Source of the DNA: Chloroflexota bacterium
GTDB taxonomy: Bacteria; Chloroflexota; Dehalococcoidia; UBA2979
Length of the DNA stretch: 64,000 nucleotides
Reading direction: 5' to 3'
NCBI GenBank assembly: GCA_947470025.1
Contig: CANIRU010000002.1
Coordinates: 250-64,249 of the forward strand
A model generated the notes under the pieces. It was not told where the DNA came from and did no database searches. It saw only the letters and a list, made by a program, of their open reading frames with translations. Below are positions 17,687 through 25,494 of this stretch, piece after piece; position 1 is the stretch's first letter; each line of letters begins with the position of its first letter. Position numbers and translations under genes: made by a program.

Positions 17687-18044
17687 CGCGCCCCATGGTC
17701 GGAACAAGCTCCAGACACAGTGAGGCCCGGATGCTGTTGAACCGGTCGGGGAAACCCCGTGGCGCAACATCCGGGCCTGTCTCGTCCGTGAGGACGATCT
17801 GTATGCGATGCGCTCACTGACGAGACTCGCGGCGGACGAGTTGAGCGAATCGACCGCTGTGAGCATGCCGCGAACGAGATATCGGGTGCGTTACAGGCGA
17901 TGGCGCCACGCGACACATGCGTCGCAATGACCCTCCGTGCTCCGCGCGAACGTCGCGGCTTCGCGAGCCCACCCGCACCAGGGTTACGCCCCCGCGACGG
18001 CACGAGGGCGATGCTAACGCCACGCAGGAAAGGATTGGTGTGAG

Positions 18045-18230
18045 ATGACCAATCGCATCGACGCGGACGTCGACCCGATGAAGACCAAGAACACGGCGAC
18101 CGATGGCCGCACGCGCGAGCGGATCGAGCAGCAGGACGCGGACGCCACGATCGATCGCCAGCAGGATGTCGCGGGACGCCGCGAGAGCGCCGGCCAGCCC
18201 GGTGGCGACGAGGAACTGGCCGTTAACTAG
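18045..18230 (+). CDS. Small hydrophilic hypothetical protein (ends at an in-frame TAG; the frame stays open to 18356)
   Basis: ATG 18045 is preceded by AGGAAAGGA. 61 aa, rich in D/E/Q/R, with high GC3. See the finding on the TAG interruption. Confidence 0.35.
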   Translation: MTNRIDADVDPMKTKNTATDGRTRERIEQQDADATIDRQQDVAGRRESAGQPGGDEELAVN

Positions 18231-18360
18231 GGCCGCAATCTGCAGCAGGAGAACGCGGCGCAGCCCGGCGGAGACCTGCACGAGCAGACGCAGCAACGGC
18301 AACGCCAGACACCCGACGACTCGCAGGACGCTGCAACTGATCGCAAGGAGGGTTGAGATC

Positions 18361-18723
18361 ATGCCGCACCTGGAATCTGAATCGAAGGCCGACGACAGCA
18401 CGAACGCCTCACAGGACGCGGGCTGGGCGAAGCTCACCAACCCGGATGGCACCGTGGACCTCGGCCGCGGGCGGCTCCGCGTGTGGTTCGAGGCGCCCGG
18501 CAGCAAGCACGGGGTGCGCCACGCGCAGTTGAGTTCGTTCACGCCGGGACCGACCGAGCCCCGTCGAGGCGAGACGGTGGCGATCTGCCCGGAGAAGGAC
18601 AGCGAAAAGTACATCGCCACGATCACCGAGTACGACCCGATGCCGGCGGGCGAGGGCGTCGTCGTCCTCGACTGGCCCAACGATGAGCTGCCCGCGTCGC
18701 TCCGCGAGCTTGGCGGCGAGTAG
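18361..18723 (+). CDS. Hypothetical protein (120 aa)
   Basis: ATG 18361 has a strong AAGGAGGG 7 nt upstream and GC3 is high. I recognise no family. Confidence 0.5.
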   Translation: MPHLESESKADDSTNASQDAGWAKLTNPDGTVDLGRGRLRVWFEAPGSKHGVRHAQLSSFTPGPTEPRRGETVAICPEKDSEKYIATITEYDPMPAGEGVVVLDWPNDELPASLRELGGE

Positions 18724-18734
18724 GAGCAGACGAG

Positions 18735-19058
18735 ATGCCTCGACGCGCATGGACCGCAAAGGACGAGCGCGACTACGAGCACATCAAGGACAGTGGGCTC
18801 GAAGATGGCGCTCGCCTCGCGCTCGCGAAGGAGATCGCCGCGCGCACCGTGAACAAGCGGCGTCGCGAGGAAGGCCGGACCGAGCACCAGCGCACGCAGG
18901 GCACGGGGACCCCCAACACCTCGCTCGGTGAGCGCAAGCGCGATGAGCTCTACAACACCGCGAAGGACCTGGAGATCGCCGGGCGCGGCAGCATGACGAA
19001 GGCGCTAGTCACAAGCGATCCAGTCGAAGCGCGGCTAGTCCCGCTCCGGCGGATATAG
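18735..19058 (+). CDS. Small basic protein with a Rho_N-like C-terminal segment (so-called plasmid-stabilisation/DUF-type family of Actinobacteria)
   Basis: MPRRAWTAKDERDYEHIKDSG...EIAARTVNKRRREEGRT...DELYNTAKDLEIAGRGSMTK matches my recollection of this small-protein family. The last 20 or so residues look atypical and overlap the convergent ORF. Confidence 0.5.
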   Translation: MPRRAWTAKDERDYEHIKDSGLEDGARLALAKEIAARTVNKRRREEGRTEHQRTQGTGTPNTSLGERKRDELYNTAKDLEIAGRGSMTKALVTSDPVEARLVPLRRI

Positions 19059-19373
19059 GGACACCGTGACGAGGGCGGCCGGGAGCGAATGGGCTCCGGC
19101 CGCCCTCGCCCATGTCAGGAACTCCTCGACTGCCGCGAGCGCTGCTTCGGCGTCGGCACCGTGCATCTGGAGGTGCGCGCGCAGGCCGAGCAGGTCGAGC
19201 GCGGTCAGCATCGCGAGACTCGGGCAGCCGCGCGCGATCGGCTCAGCACGCAGCGCGGCGCGCAGGTGCGCCTCGATCGCGTCGCGGTCTTCGCGGCCCG
19301 CGATCGCCTCGAGATACCGCGCGAGCGTCTCCTCGACGGGCGTACCCCACGCGGCGCGACTGCGATCGTCCAT
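19035..19373 (-). CDS. Hypothetical protein (112 aa)
   Basis: ATG 19373, moderately high GC3, no convincing RBS and no recognised family. It overlaps the 3' end of the convergent gene by 24 nt. Confidence 0.3.
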   Translation of the reverse strand: MDDRSRAAWGTPVEETLARYLEAIAGREDRDAIEAHLRAALRAEPIARGCPSLAMLTALDLLGLRAHLQMHGADAEAALAAVEEFLTWARAAGAHSLPAALVTVSLYPPERD

Positions 19374-19482
19374 GGCGCACAGGGTAGCGAACCGAGCCCC
19401 GACGCGACGATGCGCGCTGTGGACGATCGCAGTCGCGCCCGCATACCCTCCGCACGTTCCGCGCAGCAGGTGAGCAGAGGGG

Positions 19483-20268
19483 ATGCACATGCCGACCGTC
19501 GAAGTACTCGCCCAGGGCTTCATGACCGCCACCAGCGAGGGTGGACTGGGCTTCTGCAGCGTCAACTTGATCCGCGGAGAGCACCTGACGCTGGTGGATG
19601 TCGGCCACCTCGCACGGCGTGAGCTCGTGGTCGAGCGCCTTGCGGCGGTCGGAGTGAAGCCGGAGGAGATCGAACGCGTCGTGCTCACGCACGCCCACTG
19701 GGACCACTCGCTCAACCTCCCGTTCTTCCCGAACGCCGAGGTCTTCATGAGCGCCGAGGAGTACGACTACACCCAGCACCCGCACGCGGGCGACTGGGCC
19801 ACGCCGGCGTACATCGGCGACATGCTCAACCGCGCCAAGAGCATCCACAAGCTCCGCGACGGCGAGGAGCTCGAGGCCGGCATCCGCGTGATGGCCGCGC
19901 CGGGCCACAGCCCCGGCAGCATGGGCGTCCTCGTCGAGACGGGCGAGGGCATCGTGGGGCTCGTCGGCGACGCGCTGCCGGGCCGTGCCGCTGCGCTGCT
20001 GCCGACGCCGACCGCGCGCATCGTCTTCTGGGACGAGGAAGAGGCGGAGCGCAGCGCGCGCAAGCTCCTCGACGCCTGCCAACTCGTATTCCCCGGTCAC
20101 GACCGCCCGTTCCGCAACAGCGGGCCGCGGTTCGACTACCTGGCCCCGCAGTCGATGACCATGCTGAACCCTCCGCGCGACGAGGACGGGACGATCCACG
20201 GCTCGGTGAACCCCGGCACCGTCGCCTTCGTCTCGCTGATCCAGCCGATCGCCAGGCGCAAGGCGTAG
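19483..20268 (+). CDS. MBL-fold metallo-hydrolase
   Basis: HxHxDH motif as LTHAHWDHSLN and a later GHSPGS. Confidence 0.8.
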   Translation: MHMPTVEVLAQGFMTATSEGGLGFCSVNLIRGEHLTLVDVGHLARRELVVERLAAVGVKPEEIERVVLTHAHWDHSLNLPFFPNAEVFMSAEEYDYTQHPHAGDWATPAYIGDMLNRAKSIHKLRDGEELEAGIRVMAAPGHSPGSMGVLVETGEGIVGLVGDALPGRAAALLPTPTARIVFWDEEEAERSARKLLDACQLVFPGHDRPFRNSGPRFDYLAPQSMTMLNPPRDEDGTIHGSVNPGTVAFVSLIQPIARRKA

Positions 20269-20292
20269 CGGTCGCCTCCGAAGCGGTCGCGA

Positions 20293-20317
20293 GGGCCCCG
20301 GCATCGTGCCGGGGCCC
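20293..20317 (+). terminator. Hairpin terminator
   Basis: GGGCCCCGGCA-TCG-TGCCGGGGCCC forms an 11-bp stem followed by TGCTTCG. Confidence 0.6.
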
Positions 20318-20404
20318 TGCTTCGTGACGACCGGCACAATCCCGGACGGCGTATTATCCGGGCACGCTCGGCGCGGGATTCCCGCCGGCGAGGAGGGAAT
20401 GCAC

Positions 20405-22189
20405 ATGACCGAACCAACCTACTGGGCACGCACGGAGACCCGGGTGTCTCGACGCGGATTGCTGCGCGGCAGTGCCGTCGGCGCGATGGGCCTCGCGGGG
20501 GCGGCGCTCATCGGCTGCAGCAGCGGCGCGAAGGACGCGACCCCGGCCGGGACCGCGATCAGCGGCACGCCGACGGCGATCGCCAGCAACCAGACGGCGA
20601 AGAAGGGCGGCACGCTCCGCATCGCCGGCCAAGCCACGGGCGACTTCCCAAGCCTCGACTACGACCGCACCAATGGCTCCGCGATGGGTTCGGTCTCGAA
20701 CCTCGCCGGCGTGAAACTCACCCAGTGGGACGAGCGCCCGGACAGCCCCGGCCCCGTCGAGAACGTCATCCCGGACCTCGCCGAGTCATGGGAGACGCCG
20801 GACCAGGGCATCACCTGGAACTTCAAGCTCAAGAAGGGCGTGAAGACCTCCGACGGCCTCGAGGTGAAGGCGTCCGACGTCGTCTGGAGCTTCGACCGGC
20901 AGACGCAGATTCGCCAGCCGCTCGGCCTGCTTCAGGGCAATCTGCCGCCCCTCTACACGGGCAAGAAGTCGAACGCCACGGCGATCGACGACTACACGCT
21001 GCAAGTAAAGCTCAACAAGCCGGACGCGGACTTCCTCGCGCTCATGGGCTCCCACTGGTGGTCGGTGGAGCACAAGGACGTCATCACCAAGAAGGGCACC
21101 GACCTCGGCAAGACCGCTGCCGGTTGGGGTGACATCGTCGGCGTCGACCAGATCCGCGGCGGTGGCCCCTACTACCCCAGCGAGTACATCCCCGCCTCCG
21201 GCTTCAAGATGAAGCGGAACCCGAACTTCTACGACAGCAACCTCGCGTACCTCGACGGCATTGACCACCCGTTCATCCTCGACCCCGCGGCCGCCTCGGC
21301 GGCGCTGGTCGCGGGACAGCTCGATGCGCACGGCCCGCTGACGCAGTTCACGGTGCAGCAGGGCATCGAGCTCCAGAAGTCGCCGAACCTCCAGGTGGAC
21401 TGGCAGCCGTGCATGGTCTGGAACCCGTGGGAGTTCGACCACACCCGTGAGCCGTTCAACGACGTGCGCGTCCGCCGTGCCCTCGCGCTCGCGGTGGATC
21501 GCCCCGGCTGGATCAAGAACCTGCTGCAGGGACGCGGCCGCAACGGCGTGATGGTGCTGCCGTGGCTGACCTACTGGGCGATGGATCCGGCCAAGATGGG
21601 CGACGACGGCAAGTATTTCACCGGCTTCGACCAGGCCGAGGCGAAGAAGCTGCTGCTGGCCGCCGGCAAGGAGAAGTTCACCTACACGCTCCAGAACTCA
21701 AACATCGGCGCGTACACGGTGACCTACCCGTTCGCGGACCTGATGGCGTCGCAGCTGGCGCAGGTCGGCATCACCCAGAAGCAGGTCATCATCGACTACG
21801 CGGCGCACCTCACGAAGTGGGCGCCCGAGGTGGACGGCGGCGTCCGCGAGGGTTTCATCGTGCGGCCCGACATCCAGTCCTACGCCTTCGCGCAGGTGGG
21901 TATGGGCTCCCCGCTGAGCGCCGGCAAGGAGATCTGGGGCGCGCTCACGAAGAACGACAAGGAATACCAGGACTTCCGGGTCATCGCCGAGAAGCAGGCG
22001 GTCACGCTGGACCGCAACGCCCGCAAGGAACTGATCAACGACATGCAGAAGCGCATGGCGAGGAACGTCTGGGACTTCTACTGGCCGGCGCCGGACTCCC
22101 CGGTGGTCTCCAACAAGAAGGTCCACAACTTCCGCCCGCCTCCGGGTTGGAACTGGAACATCATGAAGTACGTCTGGAAGGACGCCTAA
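20405..22189 (+). CDS. ABC transporter substrate-binding lipoprotein, family 5 (peptide/nickel type), Tat signal
   Basis: Twin-arginine signal SRRGLLRGSAVG plus lipobox LIGCSSG. Length and motifs are typical of family 5 SBPs. ATG 20405 lies 7 nt after GAGGAGGG. A tandem paralog follows. Confidence 0.85.
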   Translation: MTEPTYWARTETRVSRRGLLRGSAVGAMGLAGAALIGCSSGAKDATPAGTAISGTPTAIASNQTAKKGGTLRIAGQATGDFPSLDYDRTNGSAMGSVSNLAGVKLTQWDERPDSPGPVENVIPDLAESWETPDQGITWNFKLKKGVKTSDGLEVKASDVVWSFDRQTQIRQPLGLLQGNLPPLYTGKKSNATAIDDYTLQVKLNKPDADFLALMGSHWWSVEHKDVITKKGTDLGKTAAGWGDIVGVDQIRGGGPYYPSEYIPASGFKMKRNPNFYDSNLAYLDGIDHPFILDPAAASAALVAGQLDAHGPLTQFTVQQGIELQKSPNLQVDWQPCMVWNPWEFDHTREPFNDVRVRRALALAVDRPGWIKNLLQGRGRNGVMVLPWLTYWAMDPAKMGDDGKYFTGFDQAEAKKLLLAAGKEKFTYTLQNSNIGAYTVTYPFADLMASQLAQVGITQKQVIIDYAAHLTKWAPEVDGGVREGFIVRPDIQSYAFAQVGMGSPLSAGKEIWGALTKNDKEYQDFRVIAEKQAVTLDRNARKELINDMQKRMARNVWDFYWPAPDSPVVSNKKVHNFRPPPGWNWNIMKYVWKDA

Positions 22190-22226
22190 ACCCCGTCCTC
22201 GCGGGCATCGAGCCTCGACGAAGCAC

Positions 22227-22263
22227 CACGGAACGGCCCCGGTATTGCCGGGGCCGTTCCGTG
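22227..22263 (+). terminator. Strong hairpin terminator between the two SBP genes
   Basis: CACGGAACGGCCCCGG-TATTG-CCGGGGCCGTTCCGTG forms a perfect 16-bp stem. Confidence 0.7.
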
Positions 22264-22357
22264 TCCGAGGTGGACAAACGCCATCGTAACGGATCGCAAG
22301 CATATGATTTATAGATCGCGGCACTGGCCGCACCAGAGGGCTACGGAGGGATACAGA

Positions 22358-24133
22358 GTGACTGAATCGACGTACTGGGGTCGCAACGCGGTGTCGCGTC
22401 GCACCCTGCTGCGCGGGAGCGCGGTCGGCGTCGCCGGCCTCGCCGGCGCGGCGCTCATCGGCTGCGGCGGCGGCACCAAGGACGCGACCCCGGCGGGCAC
22501 CGCGATCAGCGGTACGCCAACCGCCGTCGCAAGCAACAAGACCGCGAAGAAGGGCGGCACGCTCCGCGTCGCCGGCCAGCTGACCGGCGACGTGCCGGGC
22601 CTGGACTACGACCGCGTCGGCGGCTCGGCCATGGGCTCCGTCGCGAACATCACCGGCGTGAAGCTCACCCAGTGGGATGAGCGCCCGGACAGCCCGGGCC
22701 CCGTGGAGAACGTCATCCCGGACTTCGCCGAGTCGTGGGAGACCCCCGACCAGGGCATCACCTGGAACTTCAAGCTCAAGAAGGGCGTAAAGAACCCCGA
22801 CGGCCTGGAGGTCAAGGCGTCGGACGTCATCTGGTCGCTCGACCGCGGGAACAAGGTGCGCTCTCCTGCGGGCAACCTCGAGAACAACCTGCGCGACCTG
22901 TTCACCGACCGCAAGCCGAATGCGACCGCGATCGATGACTACACGCTCCAGCTCAAGCTGAACAAGCCGGACGCTGACTTCCTCGCGCTGATGGGCTCCC
23001 ACTGGTGGACCATCGAGCACAAGGACACGATCACCAAGAAGGGCACGGACCTCGGCAAGACCGCGCCGGGCTACGGCGACGTCATCGGCGTCGACCAGAT
23101 CCGCGGCGCCGGCCCGTACTTCCCGAGCGAGTACGTCCCCGCCTCGGGGTTCAAGTTCAAGCGCAACCCGAACTTCTACGACGCCAACCTCGCGTACCTG
23201 GACGCCATCGACCACCCGCTGATCCTCGACCCTGCGGCCGCAGCTGCGGCATTGCAGGCGGAGCAGTTGGACGCCTTCGGCCCGCTCACGCAGTTCTCGA
23301 CCCAGCAGGGCCTGGAACTGCAGAAGTCGGACAAGCTGCAGGTGGACTGGCAGCCTTGCATGGTCTGGAACCCGTGGATCTTCGACATGACGCAGGCGCC
23401 GTTCAACGACGTCCGCGTCCGCACCGCGGTGGCGAAGGCCGTGGACCGTGACTCGTGGGTCAAGAACCTCTACAGCGGCCGTGGCCGCAGCGCCACCATG
23501 GTCCTGCCGTGGCTGACCTACTGGTCGCTGGAGCCCGGAAAGATGGGCGCCGACGGGGACAACTCGTTCAAGTTCGACCCCGCCGATGCGAAGAAGCTCC
23601 TGACGGCGGCCGGCACGGAGAAGCTCACCTTCCCGTTGCAGACCTCCAACATCGGTGCGTACACCGTGACCTACCCCTTCGCCGACTTGATGAAGTCGAT
23701 GCTCGCCAACGTAGGCATCACGCAGGAGACGAAGATCGTCGACTACGCGTCCCACCTGCGGAACACCGACGCGGCGAAGAAGGGCGTCTACCAGTCCTTC
23801 ATCGTGCGTCCCGACGTGCAGTCCTACGCCTTCGCGCAGGTCGGTGGCGGTGGTGCCCTTGTCGGCGCCAGCATGGATAGCTGGGGCGCGCTCAAGAAGA
23901 GCGACAAGGAGTACCAGTCGTTCATCGAGGTCATGGAGAAGCAGCGCGTGATGCAGGATCGCAACGCGCGGCGCGAACTGGTCTACGACATGCAGAAGCG
24001 CATGGCGAAGAACGTCTGGAACTTCTACTGGCCGGCGCCGGACTCCCCCATGGTCTCCAACAAGAAGGTGCACAACTTCCGTCCGCCTCCGGGCTGGAAC
24101 TGGAACATCATGAAGTACGTCTGGAAGGACTAG
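22358..24133 (+). CDS. ABC transporter substrate-binding lipoprotein, family 5, Tat signal (tandem paralog)
   Basis: SRRTLLRGSAVG plus LIGCGGG. Roughly 70% identical by eye to 20405-22189. GTG 22358 lies 6 nt after GGAGGGA. Confidence 0.85.
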   Translation: MTESTYWGRNAVSRRTLLRGSAVGVAGLAGAALIGCGGGTKDATPAGTAISGTPTAVASNKTAKKGGTLRVAGQLTGDVPGLDYDRVGGSAMGSVANITGVKLTQWDERPDSPGPVENVIPDFAESWETPDQGITWNFKLKKGVKNPDGLEVKASDVIWSLDRGNKVRSPAGNLENNLRDLFTDRKPNATAIDDYTLQLKLNKPDADFLALMGSHWWTIEHKDTITKKGTDLGKTAPGYGDVIGVDQIRGAGPYFPSEYVPASGFKFKRNPNFYDANLAYLDAIDHPLILDPAAAAAALQAEQLDAFGPLTQFSTQQGLELQKSDKLQVDWQPCMVWNPWIFDMTQAPFNDVRVRTAVAKAVDRDSWVKNLYSGRGRSATMVLPWLTYWSLEPGKMGADGDNSFKFDPADAKKLLTAAGTEKLTFPLQTSNIGAYTVTYPFADLMKSMLANVGITQETKIVDYASHLRNTDAAKKGVYQSFIVRPDVQSYAFAQVGGGGALVGASMDSWGALKKSDKEYQSFIEVMEKQRVMQDRNARRELVYDMQKRMAKNVWNFYWPAPDSPMVSNKKVHNFRPPPGWNWNIMKYVWKD

Positions 24134-24163
24134 CCAGCGCTCGTCCCGGCGAGCACTGAGCGC

Positions 24164-24191
24164 GAGGCGCCGAGGATATCCTCGGCGCCTC
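24164..24191 (+). terminator. Palindromic hairpin terminator
   Basis: GAGGCGCCGAGGA-TA-TCCTCGGCGCCTC followed by GTCATTTCTC. Confidence 0.6.
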
Positions 24192-24340
24192 GTCATTTCT
24201 CGGGGTGCAATTCTCTCCATTCGCAATGTTCTGATGCTACCGAACGTACGGTTCCTGTTAGCGTTAGATCAGTGGTCAGCACCCGGCGCCGGTGTGTGTC
24301 GCGGGGTCGTCGGACGCTCACATCCCGTGGCGGAGGCTCC

Positions 24341-25381
24341 ATGGCAGGTCTCGGTGGAATCCGGCTTGGGCGATGGCGAAGCGCCGCCCTGGCGGCAGCG
24401 TTCCTGCTCGCGCTCGCCCTCGGTGGGGCGTCCGTCGAGGCGGCCGGGACGCCGGGGGCGGGCGCGACGCTCGTCGATCTGCAGGGGCCCGAGTACGCGC
24501 TGCAGGGCTTCCGCTGGGACCGCACGGTTGTCCCCGTCTACTACAACTGGGAGGGAGGCCAGTGCGCCTTCCTGGACAACGACTTCTCCGGCCCGGCCAC
24601 CTCGATCGCCCCGGACGTGCTGCTCTCAACGCTCCAGGCCTCGATCAACGAGATCAACACCAACCTCCGCGGCGGACTCATGCTGCAGTTCGCCGGTCCG
24701 GCCACGCGCACCGAGTTGTGCAGCACGACGACGACGAAGCCGATCGTGGTGGGATTCGGGACGATTAGCTCGACGGGGCAGGCGCTGAGCTACGGGCGCG
24801 GCCCGCGCGGCTCGGTGTCCACCTACACCGTCGCTCGCGTGTTCTTCACCAACACCAACAACTTCAGGTGCAACGACGCACCGATCTACCGCGATCTAGA
24901 GCACACGATGACGCACGAGCTCCTGCACGCGATCGGCATCGGCCACTCGAACGTCGCATCGGCGATCATGACCCCCACATTCACCGCGTGCCGGACACCG
25001 CACACGATGCAGACGGACGACATCGCCGCGATCAACGCGCTCTACCCGCCCACGCAGCCGCCGGTGATCAGCCCTGTCGTCACCTCTCCCGCCCCCGCGC
25101 CACCGCCCGCCGTCGTGACGCCTACGCAGGCGACCGGCGCGTTTGTCACCCCCGTCACGTTCTCCTCGTCCGGACAGGCGCTTGCCGTGTTCAGCGGCGG
25201 TGCGATCGACCAGCTCGAGGCGGCCGCGCGCACGGCCGGGGCAACCGGCCTGTGGGTACAGGACAGCGCCGGCCAGTTCCGGCTGTTGGTGATCAACGGC
25301 CCCGCATTCCTGCGCGAGCAGTTCCGCGCGGCCTTCCCTGGCGGCCTGACCGCGAACGTCGCTGTGACGCTGGTGCGGTAG
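24341..25381 (+). CDS. Secreted matrixin-like (M10, metzincin) zinc metalloprotease with a C-terminal domain of unknown function
   Basis: Signal peptide (AALAAAFLLALALGGASVEA), HExxHxxGxxH as HELLHAIGIGHS and a Met-turn AIMTP. A Pro-rich linker precedes a C-terminal module of about 65 aa. ATG 24341 follows GGAGG. Confidence 0.75.
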   Translation: MAGLGGIRLGRWRSAALAAAFLLALALGGASVEAAGTPGAGATLVDLQGPEYALQGFRWDRTVVPVYYNWEGGQCAFLDNDFSGPATSIAPDVLLSTLQASINEINTNLRGGLMLQFAGPATRTELCSTTTTKPIVVGFGTISSTGQALSYGRGPRGSVSTYTVARVFFTNTNNFRCNDAPIYRDLEHTMTHELLHAIGIGHSNVASAIMTPTFTACRTPHTMQTDDIAAINALYPPTQPPVISPVVTSPAPAPPPAVVTPTQATGAFVTPVTFSSSGQALAVFSGGAIDQLEAAARTAGATGLWVQDSAGQFRLLVINGPAFLREQFRAAFPGGLTANVAVTLVR

Positions 25382-25494
25382 CGCGTCGCATCCGCAGTCG
25401 CGGGCATCTCACGCACGTCACAGTCCGTGCGGCGCAGTTGATTGCAATGCCCGCGTGACGGACAGGCCACCGGGGCGGGGCGGATGCTGCCCCC

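Noticed and set aside
18228-18230. Interpreting the in-frame TAG as pyrrolysine or another recoding signal.
   Set aside because: No pyl genes or recognisable recoding element are visible in the window, and many genes here terminate normally with TAG. A nonsense mutation, sequencing error or coincidence is more parsimonious. I kept it only as a low-key finding.
17814-18887. A 357-aa minus-strand ORF covering the small-protein operon and its leader.
   Set aside because: It is antisense to three plus-strand ORFs that have strong RBSs and high GC3. Its composition (Ser/Arg/Leu/Cys-rich) is not protein-like, and it has no start-site support.
21698-24226. An 842-aa ORF on the minus strand spanning both SBP genes. 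Similar very long antisense ORFs are present elsewhere (45337-47694, 6879-8258, 5641-6810, 42586-44070, 38497-39765, 13119-15008).
   Set aside because: They are antisense or out of frame to genes with clear family motifs. They are extremely Arg/Ala/Gly/Pro/Asp-rich, have no recognisable domains and lack RBSs. Long stop-free frames are expected in DNA of about 70% GC because stop codons are AT-rich.
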